Assembly (NCBI GenBank): GCA_039797965.1
Contig: JBDKGX010000001.1
Location: forward strand, 18,563-82,562
Length of the DNA stretch: 64,000 nucleotides
Origin: Pseudomonadota bacterium
GTDB lineage: Bacteria > Pseudomonadota > Gammaproteobacteria > Thiotrichales > Thiotrichaceae
Direction: 5' to 3'
Position 1 is the first letter of the stretch; each line of letters begins with the position of its first letter. This document shows positions 10,889-20,266 of the stretch, piece by piece. The notes below the pieces were generated by a model that saw only the letters and a list, made by a program, of their open reading frames with translations, searched no databases and was not told the DNA's origin. The position numbers and the translations under genes are program-made.

Positions 10889-10906
10889 AATTCCTAAAAC
10901 TATGTA

Positions 10907-11338
10907 TTAGGTACCACGGCAAGTAGCTGGACGATATTTTTTGTCTACAGTACCACTTGTACAAGTCCAAGTTACAGAGCCTTTGGTTACATCGGCTGTT
11001 GGTGTCATAATCAAAGTTGCATTATCTGTTACTTTGCTATTATAAGTAATTGTAATTACACCTGATGCACCCACGGCAACACTTTTTACAGCATTACCTT
11101 TAATATCGGTAGCAGCAGCTAAACCAACATCTGCATTGCTTGTAGGTAAGGCGCCACGATCTGCGAAGAATTCAGTAACACCTAATTTTGCAGCACCTGC
11201 CAAACTTAAACCTTCACCCACATGTGAGCGTTTAGTGTAATCTTGGTAAGCAGGTAAAGCGATCGCTGCTAAAATACCGATGATAGCTACAACGATCATC
11301 AACTCGATTAATGTGAAACCTTTTTGTACATTTTTCAT
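10907..11338 (-). CDS. pilA: Type IVa major pilin
   Basis: QKG|FTLIELMIVVAIIGILAAIA class III signal; C-terminal disulfide loop WTC...TCRGT. Confidence 0.96.
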   Translation of the reverse strand: MKNVQKGFTLIELMIVVAIIGILAAIALPAYQDYTKRSHVGEGLSLAGAAKLGVTEFFADRGALPTSNADVGLAAATDIKGNAVKSVAVGASGVITITYNSKVTDNATLIMTPTADVTKGSVTWTCTSGTVDKKYRPATCRGT

Positions 11339-11406
11339 GAATTACTTTCCAAATTAGAATTATTTATTATGTAGAGTCTTAGGTCTTGGATAGACACTTA
11401 CTATAA

Positions 11407-11422
11407 TGCAGGGATCATGCCA
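11407..11422 (-). promoter_or_regulatory. Sigma-54 (-24/-12) promoter of pilA
   Basis: Minus strand TGGCATGATCCCTGCA = GG-N10-GC, about 70 nt upstream of pilA; PilR (sigma-54 activator) is adjacent. Confidence 0.8.
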
Positions 11423-11484
11423 GTTTTTTATTTTTATTTAAGTGATTGTTTTTAAATTTATATTTAATTGAACGTCCGTTTGCC

Positions 11485-11543
11485 TGTCATTTTTTTAGTA
11501 AAATCATTTGTCACTTAATGACAGTATTCTGTCAGCATTGTCA
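11485..11543. promoter_or_regulatory. Putative PilR upstream activator sites
   Basis: Five TGTCA/TGACA pentamers (11485, 11509, 11519, 11530, 11539), including tgtca-cttaa-tgaca. Confidence 0.55.
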
Positions 11544-11553
11544 GACTAAAACA

Positions 11554-13041
11554 TTAGCGCATGTCCAAATCATATTTTTGGATACGGTAGCGTAACTGTC
11601 TAAAACTCATGCCCAATAACTCGGCTGCTTTAGTACGATTCCAACGAGTTTGATCTAAAGCTTTTAAAATAATGGCTTTTTCGTCAGCTTCACTGCCTCC
11701 AGGATTCCATTGTAAATCGGTATCATCGTCTAAATCGGGTTCAGGCTCGGAAGAGGTACTTATTTGATTTTTTTCAAAAAGTGTTTCATGACTTGATAAA
11801 CTAGAAGTACTTTTATAGGAGCTAATATTGGCAGTAACTTTGGTGGCAAGCATCACTTGTGGTAGCTGCAAATCTTCGGGTTCAACTGTATTGTTATCAC
11901 ACAGTGTACACGCCCGCTCGAGGATATTTTCCAGTTCACGGACATTACCGGGGAAGTCATAACTTTGCAGGGCTTTACGTGCAGAGTTTGCCAATTTAAT
12001 CGGTGGCATACTCCAACGTTGAGCAATTTTGCGTAAAAAATAATCCGCCAGTAATAAAATATCATCACCACGATCCCGTAAAGGGGGTACTTTAAGTTTG
12101 ATGACATTTAGGCGGTAGTATAAATCTTGTCTAAATCGACCTGCAGCCACTTCATGCTCCAAGCTCTTATGAGTAGCACTTAAAATCCTGACATCGACTG
12201 GTACTTCGTTTAAACCCCCAACAGGCTTGATAGCTCGCTCTTGAATAGCACGTAGCAATTTCACCTGCATAGTGAGAGGCAAGTCAGCCACTTCGTCCAA
12301 AAATAGAGTCCCATGATGGGAGGCTTGAAAGAGTCCCACCTTATCGGCAACGGCTCCGGTGAAACTCCCTTTTTTATGCCCAAAAAACTCACTTTCAACT
12401 AAACTTTCAGGAATAGCTCCGCAGTTAACGGGAATAAAAGGGGCTTCTTTACGAGGGCTTTGTAGATGGATTTCATGTGCAACCAGTTCTTTACCGCTAC
12501 CCGATTCACCATGAATGTAAACAGGGGCTTGGCTACGAGCTAGTTTAGTAATGGTATTTTTAAGTAGTTGCATAGCCTCAGAACTCCCTAAAATGCGGCT
12601 GGGATTCTCTGAGCTGTCGCTGTCATTTTCAAATAGTACAATCGGTTCAGGAGTACTTTGTTGTGCGGAGAGTTTTAGAGCGGTTTGAATGAGTTCTCGC
12701 AGTTTGGGTAAGTTGACGGGTTTAGATACGAAATCAAAGGCACCAGCTTTTAAGGCTTCAATCGCTGTGTCCATGCTACCAAAGGCGGTAATCACTGCTA
12801 CCGGTAAGTGGGGTAAGTCTTTTTGAATCAAGCGCACAATATCAATACCACTGCCATCAGGCAGTTTCATATCGGTTAGGCATAAATCAAAACGAGTACT
12901 TTTTAAGTGAGTGAGTGCTTCAGACACGTTGCCTGCAGTAGCGGTATCTAACCCCATCCGTAATAGGGTGATTTCTAATAACTCACGAATGTCAGGTTCG
13001 TCGTCAATAATAAGTACGCGTTGTTGTGTCATAGTAGTCAA
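11554..13041 (-). CDS. pilR: Sigma-54-dependent response regulator
   Basis: REC domain, GESGSGKE, GSFTGA, C-terminal Fis-type HTH RWNRTKAAELLG. Confidence 0.93.
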   Translation of the reverse strand: MTTMTQQRVLIIDDEPDIRELLEITLLRMGLDTATAGNVSEALTHLKSTRFDLCLTDMKLPDGSGIDIVRLIQKDLPHLPVAVITAFGSMDTAIEALKAGAFDFVSKPVNLPKLRELIQTALKLSAQQSTPEPIVLFENDSDSSENPSRILGSSEAMQLLKNTITKLARSQAPVYIHGESGSGKELVAHEIHLQSPRKEAPFIPVNCGAIPESLVESEFFGHKKGSFTGAVADKVGLFQASHHGTLFLDEVADLPLTMQVKLLRAIQERAIKPVGGLNEVPVDVRILSATHKSLEHEVAAGRFRQDLYYRLNVIKLKVPPLRDRGDDILLLADYFLRKIAQRWSMPPIKLANSARKALQSYDFPGNVRELENILERACTLCDNNTVEPEDLQLPQVMLATKVTANISSYKSTSSLSSHETLFEKNQISTSSEPEPDLDDDTDLQWNPGGSEADEKAIILKALDQTRWNRTKAAELLGMSFRQLRYRIQKYDLDMR

Positions 13042-13052
13042 TCATTCGTTAG

Positions 13053-14705
13053 TTAGCGGTGCGCACGCGAAAAAACAATGCGGAAGCAGCTACCCCCTGT
13101 AGGCAAGGCTACATACTCCAATGTAGCACCGTTACTCAAACACAATTCACGAGACATAAATAATCCCAGTCCCGTACCTTTGGTACTGGTAGTAAAAAAG
13201 GGTTCAAATAGGCGCTGTCTAGAGTCTTCGGGAATACCGCGACCATTATCAATAATATTGAGCATGACATCTCGTGTATGCGTTGGCGTGCCGCCTTGTA
13301 TATCTAGATGCAATTTTGTCGGAGTGTCATGCGCATACTTTAACGCATTACGACACAAATTCCACAGTACTTGATGCAAATGTGCTGGATCAAACTCAAT
13401 GGTGGTATCCGTTGGCTCAATAAAGAGTGAAATTTGTTCGCGTTGCAATTGGCTTTGAATTAAGAAATCCCGTAGAAACTCATTCAACCAAGGCTTTAAA
13501 ACAATACGTTCGCGCTTAGGGTGTTTTTTGCGGGACAAATTCAGCACGCTTTCAATCGTAATATTCATGCGTTTAGCATTACTTTGAATGATTTGTAGAA
13601 GCCGTTTATCGGCAGCATCCAAAGGAGATTCGCCCATGAGTTGTGCAGCATGACTAATAGCCCCTAATGGATTACGAATTTCGTGAGCAATACTGGCAGT
13701 GAGTTGCCCTAGCGAAGCGAGCTTGACACCTTGCAGTTTTTCGCGTTGTTCACTGGTATCTTCAATACTGATTAACGTCGTTTGGCGAGCATGACTACCC
13801 ATTTGGGTAAATCGAGCGCGTAACTCGGTAGTGTGCTGATGACGAATATCAAAACTAGCAGGGCGTGGACTGATTTTTTCCAACCAATGCTGTAAATGAT
13901 GATTGAGTTCGGGGGCGAATACAGCTAAAGGCTTACTGCGCCAATTACCGGGATTGCCTAATAAATCCCATGCTGCGGCATTCATGTGTCGAATCACACC
14001 ATTTTGCTCAACGACTACAATGCCCGATTCCAAACGATCTAAAATGGATTGATTGAGTTGTGACAGATTAGCTAAATCCACTCCTCGACGCTGGGCGAGT
14101 GAAGCCATGGCACTAGCTTTGCGAATCCATCGATTGCCCATCCAACTTGCTAGCATAATGAAGCTGGCTAAAATGCCACTGTGGGTAAGTGCGGAGGAGT
14201 CTGGTTTTTGTAGAGCAGAACCTAGAACAATCTCCATCCCAATTAAAAATATTCCCGTCAGTGCCGCTAAAAAAATTGAATAATGCCCAGGCACACAAAT
14301 ATAAGGTATTAAAACGGGTATGACTAACAATACCCCTAACCCCACATTAACCCCGCCACTGCTATACAAAAGCCCTAACAAAATGGCGATATCAAATAAA
14401 ACGTAAAGTACTCCCTGAATCGGTAGATCAGGCCATTCAAAATACGAGGTGAGGTTGCTAATAATAGCAATAACTAAATAAACAACGGTTAACCATGAAA
14501 ATAAATGAGCGTCGTAAGTACCTAATTTAATAGCATTATGGTCGGTGACTACCGATAGTAATAGTACCCCCGCTAAGGCTAAACGATAGACATGATAAAG
14601 ACGTAATAAATTCCACGGATCATCGTGAAGAAAAAAAGGTGCTATTTGCTCATGACCTAGTTCGGATTCTTCATGAGACTCACGTGCTCCTGACAACAAA
14701 ACCAT
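13053..14705 (-). CDS. pilS: Sensor histidine kinase
   Basis: N-terminal TM bundle, PAS-like region, AHEIRNPL, HATPase; GGAGG RBS inside the upstream gene. Confidence 0.9.
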   Translation of the reverse strand: MVLLSGARESHEESELGHEQIAPFFLHDDPWNLLRLYHVYRLALAGVLLLSVVTDHNAIKLGTYDAHLFSWLTVVYLVIAIISNLTSYFEWPDLPIQGVLYVLFDIAILLGLLYSSGGVNVGLGVLLVIPVLIPYICVPGHYSIFLAALTGIFLIGMEIVLGSALQKPDSSALTHSGILASFIMLASWMGNRWIRKASAMASLAQRRGVDLANLSQLNQSILDRLESGIVVVEQNGVIRHMNAAAWDLLGNPGNWRSKPLAVFAPELNHHLQHWLEKISPRPASFDIRHQHTTELRARFTQMGSHARQTTLISIEDTSEQREKLQGVKLASLGQLTASIAHEIRNPLGAISHAAQLMGESPLDAADKRLLQIIQSNAKRMNITIESVLNLSRKKHPKRERIVLKPWLNEFLRDFLIQSQLQREQISLFIEPTDTTIEFDPAHLHQVLWNLCRNALKYAHDTPTKLHLDIQGGTPTHTRDVMLNIIDNGRGIPEDSRQRLFEPFFTTSTKGTGLGLFMSRELCLSNGATLEYVALPTGGSCFRIVFSRAHR

Positions 14706-14911
14706 CGACCTCCATTTGCAATAGCCTGCCGCTCAGGAATGTGTAGATCACAATAGTTACACCGCACCATTTTAGTTGGTTTGGTGGTACGTAAGGTGGA
14801 GTTTTGACTTTCCTGAGCTTGTTTTTGTATAAATTTTTTGCGCTGCCACGACTTTAACAAAAGGAAACCAACTGCTAGCAGAACGAGTATAAAAACGATG
14901 CGGCTTATCAT
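14657..14911 (-). CDS. PP0621-family small membrane protein
   Basis: N-terminal TM, then MVRCxxCDLHIP...FCCQEH; usual position upstream of pilS. Confidence 0.8.
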   Translation of the reverse strand: MISRIVFILVLLAVGFLLLKSWQRKKFIQKQAQESQNSTLRTTKPTKMVRCNYCDLHIPERQAIANGGRWFCCQEHVSLMKNPN

Positions 14912-14971
14912 GATGTTTGGAGTAGATTCAGGTATAGTTTTGAGATCTTCATACTACTACCGAATCGAAAC

Positions 14972-16612
14972 GTGCAAAACAATAATCCTAAATTGCGCAT
15001 TGCTCTAGCGCAGATCAATGTTTGTGTAGGCGATATTAAGGGCAACGTTCGCTTAATCACCACAGCGATTCAACAAGCGCAAGCTGCAAACGCTCAAGTA
15101 CTTTTATTACCCGAACTAGTGCTTTCTGGCTATGAACAGGCTGATCTAGTCTTTCGTCCTGACTTTATGCAGCAAATGGATGAAAGCATTCAAGCCTTAG
15201 CAACCATTGCTCCAGAGTTATGGGTGATTGTGGGGGCGCCTTTAGTACGAGACGGGATAATCCGTAATGCAGCTTGCGTACTCAAAAATGGCACAGTCGT
15301 ACACGAGTACTTTAAACAAAAGCTGCCTAATTATCATGTGTTTGACGAGAAGCGTTGGTTTGTCGAGGGTAACGATTCCTGCATAATCGATATTGAGGGT
15401 GTTAAAGCAGGTATTTTGATTTGCGAAGACATTTGGCATGACGACCCTGTCGATAAAGCTAAAGCCGCAGGAGCAGACGTTATTCTGAGTCTTAATGCCT
15501 CGCCGTTTCGTTATGACAAGCAATTTGAGCGCAGGGCTTTATTTACCAATCATGCTAAACGCACACAATTACCGTTTGCCTATGTCAATCTTGTCGGTGG
15601 GCAAGACGAGTTAGTGTTTGATGGCGCATCGATGTTATCTGACCCTACGGGTAAAACCACCTACCAAGCACCAATTTTAAACCCCCATTTTGAAGTACTC
15701 GATTGGGAGTTTACCCGTACGGATTTGCCTGAAGCTGCCTTTCCGTACACCACCGAGGAGCAGGTTTATCCCGCCCTAGTGCTCGGTGTTCAAGACTATG
15801 TACGCAAAAATGGCTTTAAAAAAGTACTACTGGGTTTATCGGGGGGGATTGATTCGGCATTGACCCTAGCGATTGCAGCCGATGCGCTAGGCGCTGAAAA
15901 TGTCACCGCGATTATGATGCCGTTTCGTTATACCGCCGCCATGAGCCAAGAGGATGCCGCCAAACAAGCACAATTAATGGGGGTTGAGTACCATAATCTA
16001 CCCATTGAAAACACATTCAAAGCGTTTGAAAGTACTTTAGCACCTGTATTCGCAGGTAAAAAAGCGGATGTGACGGAAGAAAATCTCCAAGCGCGGATTC
16101 GTGGCGTGTTGCTGATGTCCATGTCGAATAAATTCGGTAGCTTGTTACTCGCCACCAGCAATAAAAGCGAAACGGCAGTCGGGTATGCCACCCTTTACGG
16201 CGACATGGCGGGGGCGTTTTCACCTTTAAAAGACGTGTATAAAACCTTGGTTTATCGTTTGGCACAGTATCGCAACTCTTTAAGCCCTGCACCGATTATT
16301 CCAGAGCGGGTCATTACCCGCCCGCCCTCCGCCGAACTCGCCCCCGGACAAGTCGATCAGGATTCATTACCACCCTATGAAGTACTTGATGAAATTTTGC
16401 GCCGTTTTATGGAGCTGAATGAGCCATTAGAGACTATAGTAGCGGCAGGATTTGAACGTGAAACCGTCAGACGTGTAGTAAATCTGGTACTATTGAATGA
16501 ATACAAACGTCGCCAAGCCGCGCCAGGTGTGCGGATTACCATCCGTGCCTTTGGTAAAGATTGGCGCTATCCCATGACTTCGGGGTGGCGGCGTAATTTG
16601 CCCTTAGCTTAA
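14972..16612 (+). CDS. nadE: Glutamine-dependent NAD+ synthetase
   Basis: Nitrilase domain (PEL, KQKLPNY, ICED) plus GLSGGIDS, ENLQARIRG, PPSAEL. Confidence 0.96.
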   Translation: MQNNNPKLRIALAQINVCVGDIKGNVRLITTAIQQAQAANAQVLLLPELVLSGYEQADLVFRPDFMQQMDESIQALATIAPELWVIVGAPLVRDGIIRNAACVLKNGTVVHEYFKQKLPNYHVFDEKRWFVEGNDSCIIDIEGVKAGILICEDIWHDDPVDKAKAAGADVILSLNASPFRYDKQFERRALFTNHAKRTQLPFAYVNLVGGQDELVFDGASMLSDPTGKTTYQAPILNPHFEVLDWEFTRTDLPEAAFPYTTEEQVYPALVLGVQDYVRKNGFKKVLLGLSGGIDSALTLAIAADALGAENVTAIMMPFRYTAAMSQEDAAKQAQLMGVEYHNLPIENTFKAFESTLAPVFAGKKADVTEENLQARIRGVLLMSMSNKFGSLLLATSNKSETAVGYATLYGDMAGAFSPLKDVYKTLVYRLAQYRNSLSPAPIIPERVITRPPSAELAPGQVDQDSLPPYEVLDEILRRFMELNEPLETIVAAGFERETVRRVVNLVLLNEYKRRQAAPGVRITIRAFGKDWRYPMTSGWRRNLPLA

Positions 16613-16969
<357 letters not shown>

Positions 16970-16975
16970 GCCTGT

Positions 16976-18589
16976 ATGCAACGGCGTATAGGGGTACTCA
17001 GCAGTGGTGAGGCGGATTGGTGCAACACCACTGCTGACTATTTACTAAGCACTCATAACCCTAAAACAGTGGCATGGGTGCCTCGGCAAAAAGCCCCAAC
17101 GGTTTTGGGTTTAACCTTAGATGCGCTAGTGTTTGATGCGCATCAAGGTCTAGATAGCAATGCGCTTGCCTTAAGTGCGGGCGCTATTCGTGGCGGTGGA
17201 GTATTGTTACTACTCACCCCTCCCTTAAGTACTTGGACAACGTTTCCAGACCCCGACTATCAACGCTTTATTCCCTATCTTTTTGAAAGTACTCCCCTCA
17301 AAGGGCGTTTCATCCAGCGTTTTATTCAGTGCTGGCAAACTTGTTCGGCTATTCATTGGCTCAATGAAAGTACTCCTCTCCTATCACCCTTAAAACCTGC
17401 TGAAGGGCTTAACGATGATTGGCAGTGGACGGCTGAGCAAAGCCAAGTACTTGATCAACTACAAAGCCATCAAGGTGTTAGTGTATTACTCGCAGATCGG
17501 GGACGAGGTAAGTCAACTATATTGGGGGCATTGGCTGCACAATTAAGTACTCAAGCTTTAACCGTCCTGATTACGGCACCCCGTAAAAGTGCTATTCAAG
17601 CATTAGAAACCGAGTACTTTAAAACGCAAACTTCATCTTTAAACTTTTTGCCACCGGATGAGTTACTACAACTCTTGCCTCAACTAGATGTACTCATTGT
17701 GGATGAGGCGGCGACCATTCCATTACCACTATTAATGCAAATGCAGGCAAAGTATTCACGAGTGATTTACTCCACGACGGTACAGGGCTATGAGGGGAGC
17801 GGTCGCGGTTTTATTTTAAAGTTTAAAAAATTATTGCAAGAGCAGCACAGTAATTTACAAGTACTTCACCTAACTAAACCTGTGCGTTGGGATGATGACG
17901 ATATTTTAGAAGATTTATTAAAGAAGTCATTATTATTAGGGCAAAGTACTTCAAGCAATACTAGTACTTTGTTTAATTCAAAGATTACTGTTAATCATCG
18001 AGTACTTTCACCCGATGAGTTACTGAATAATGAAGTGCTCTTGCAAAAAGTATTTTTATTATTAGTCAATGCTCATTATCAAACGCGCCCGTCTGATTTA
18101 AGGCAGTTATTCGATGCACCTAATATTTCTATTCATATTTTAGAGCAAAATCATGAAATATTAGCAGTAGCGTTATTATCACGTGAGGGTGGTTTTGATG
18201 CTGAAATGACGCAATTAGTATTTGAAGGAAAACGTCGACCACAGGGGCATTTACTACCCCAAACGTTAACATGGCATTCTAAAATTTCACGAGCCGCCGA
18301 GTTAACTGGGGAGCGTGTAATGCGGATCGCTGTAGCAGATGAATGCCAAGGACAGGGGTTAGGTAAACAATTGGTTACGTATTTAATCCAGTATGCACAA
18401 CAGCAAAAAGTGGATTATATAGGTGTCAGTTATGCGTCGACCCCAGAATTACTTCAGTTCTGGGGGCAATTAGGTTTTGAGTTAATTCGCAAAGGCTTTA
18501 AACGCGATAAAGCAAGTGGGAGTTATGCGGCTGTGCAAGTTTTAAAGCTAAGTACTCGTGCTCAACAAGTACTTAAACTAAATCATTAA
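16976..18589 (+). CDS. tmcA: tRNA(Met) cytidine acetyltransferase, short form
   Basis: ADRGRGKS, VDEAA, STTVQGYEGSGRGF, AHYQTRPSDL, GNAT RIAV...QGQGLG. Confidence 0.85.
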   Translation: MQRRIGVLSSGEADWCNTTADYLLSTHNPKTVAWVPRQKAPTVLGLTLDALVFDAHQGLDSNALALSAGAIRGGGVLLLLTPPLSTWTTFPDPDYQRFIPYLFESTPLKGRFIQRFIQCWQTCSAIHWLNESTPLLSPLKPAEGLNDDWQWTAEQSQVLDQLQSHQGVSVLLADRGRGKSTILGALAAQLSTQALTVLITAPRKSAIQALETEYFKTQTSSLNFLPPDELLQLLPQLDVLIVDEAATIPLPLLMQMQAKYSRVIYSTTVQGYEGSGRGFILKFKKLLQEQHSNLQVLHLTKPVRWDDDDILEDLLKKSLLLGQSTSSNTSTLFNSKITVNHRVLSPDELLNNEVLLQKVFLLLVNAHYQTRPSDLRQLFDAPNISIHILEQNHEILAVALLSREGGFDAEMTQLVFEGKRRPQGHLLPQTLTWHSKISRAAELTGERVMRIAVADECQGQGLGKQLVTYLIQYAQQQKVDYIGVSYASTPELLQFWGQLGFELIRKGFKRDKASGSYAAVQVLKLSTRAQQVLKLNH

Positions 18590-18612
18590 AGCTTGATGCC
18601 CTCATTAAACAA

Positions 18613-19398
18613 CTACGAACCTATAAATTGAGCTGCACGTTTTTCCATAAAAGCCAGCATTCCTTCTTTTTGATCCTGAGTAGAAAAAGCGACTCCAAAG
18701 GTTTGTGTCTCTAACAAGCAGGCTTTATCTAAATCTAAGGCTTGACCTTGCTGCACTAATTGCTTGGTTAAACGTATTGCGATTTGTCCTTTTTGGGCAA
18801 TTAATCGAGCTTTTTTTAAAGCCTCCTCCATTAATTGCTCACGTGGATAAATATGATTAACTAATCCCCAGTTTAATGCCTCAAGAGCGTTGAGTTGTCG
18901 ACCAGCAATTAATAATTCTAAAGCACGAGCGCGACCTATTAGGCGAGTTAAACGTTGTGTACCGCCAAATCCGGGGGTGACACCTAGATTAACTTCTGGC
19001 TGACCAAATTGTGCAGTGTCAGCGGCAATGATCCAATCACAACTCATAGCTAATTCACAGCCGCCACCTAAACAAATACCATTAACCACCGCAATGACGG
19101 GAAAAGGTAAGCGCTCAAGGCTGGCAAAAGCGTCCATGCCTTGTTGGGAAAACTGCATGGCTTGTAAAGCGGTGTAGTTTTGCATTGCCTTAATATCAGC
19201 CCCCGCCACAAAAGCTTTCTCTCCCGCTCCTGTTAATAACAGTACTCGAGCATTATGGCGTGAGGCTAAATAATCCGAAACTTGTTGAATTTCAGCTAAG
19301 GTTTGACTATTTAACGCATTATAAGCCTTAGGACGATTAATGGTGAGGCAGTAAATACCTGCCTCTTTTTCCTCTAGTAATAGATTTTGAAATTCCAT
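18613..19398 (-). CDS. Enoyl-CoA hydratase (crotonase family)
   Basis: INRPKAYNAL, FVAGADI, GGGCELAM, GQPEVNLGVTPGFGGTQRL. Confidence 0.92.
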   Translation of the reverse strand: MEFQNLLLEEKEAGIYCLTINRPKAYNALNSQTLAEIQQVSDYLASRHNARVLLLTGAGEKAFVAGADIKAMQNYTALQAMQFSQQGMDAFASLERLPFPVIAVVNGICLGGGCELAMSCDWIIAADTAQFGQPEVNLGVTPGFGGTQRLTRLIGRARALELLIAGRQLNALEALNWGLVNHIYPREQLMEEALKKARLIAQKGQIAIRLTKQLVQQGQALDLDKACLLETQTFGVAFSTQDQKEGMLAFMEKRAAQFIGS

Positions 19399-20255
19399 TA
19401 TTTAGCCTCATAGGTGTAGAAACCTCGTCCTGTTTTACGCCCTAAATAGCCTGCGTCTACCATTCGCCGTAACAAAGGACAAGGACGATATTTATCATCG
19501 CCTAAACCTTCATGAAGTACTTCCATAACAGACAAGCAGGTATCTAAACCAATTAAATCCGCTAAAGTTAAAGGACCCATTGGATGAGCCATGCCTAATT
19601 TCATAATCTCATCAATAGCTGCTGCGGTCGCCACCCCTTCATATAAGGTATAAATAGCCTCATTAATCATGGGCATTAAAATGCGATTAGAAACAAAGCC
19701 AGCGCTGTCATTAACAGTGACAGGGGTTTTTGAAATGTGCTTAGATAAATCTTCTACTAGTTGGTAAGTATCATCACTCGTTTGTAAGGCACGAATAATC
19801 TCTACTAGTTTCATTACGGGAACAGGGTTCATAAAGTGCATACCAACCACTTTATCAGGGCGTTTAGTTTCCCGTGCAATTCGAGTTAATGAAATAGAGG
19901 AGGTATTAGAAGCTAATATAGCCTCAGGTTTACAAATATTATCTAGGCGGCGAAATAAATCGGCTTTGATTTCTAAACGTTCACTCGCTGCTTCAACGAC
20001 AATATCAACATTGGCTAGTGCTTTTAAATCCGTAGTACTAGTAATATTAGCTAAAGTACTGGTCTTTTGCTCAGAGGTAATAGCTTCTTTTTTGATAAGG
20101 CGATCTAAGCTACTACTAATCGTTTTTAAACCTTGATTAAGAGCGGCTTCGTTTAAGTCATTTAATACTACTTTAAAGCCGTGAGCTGCAAAAACTTGGG
20201 CTATACCATTACCCATAGTACCTGCACCAATAACGCCGACAGTTTGAATGGTCAT
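19398..20255 (-). CDS. hbd: 3-hydroxybutyryl-CoA dehydrogenase
   Basis: [32 protein letters not shown]. Confidence 0.9.
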   Translation of the reverse strand: MTIQTVGVIGAGTMGNGIAQVFAAHGFKVVLNDLNEAALNQGLKTISSSLDRLIKKEAITSEQKTSTLANITSTTDLKALANVDIVVEAASERLEIKADLFRRLDNICKPEAILASNTSSISLTRIARETKRPDKVVGMHFMNPVPVMKLVEIIRALQTSDDTYQLVEDLSKHISKTPVTVNDSAGFVSNRILMPMINEAIYTLYEGVATAAAIDEIMKLGMAHPMGPLTLADLIGLDTCLSVMEVLHEGLGDDKYRPCPLLRRMVDAGYLGRKTGRGFYTYEAK

Positions 20256-20266
20256 GTCTATTACTC

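Noticed and set aside
14620-14660. Possible frameshift or phase variation at the T7 run near the pilS 5' end
   Set aside because: The frame is open from the ATG at 14705, which has a GGAGG RBS; the nearer ATG hits a stop before the run
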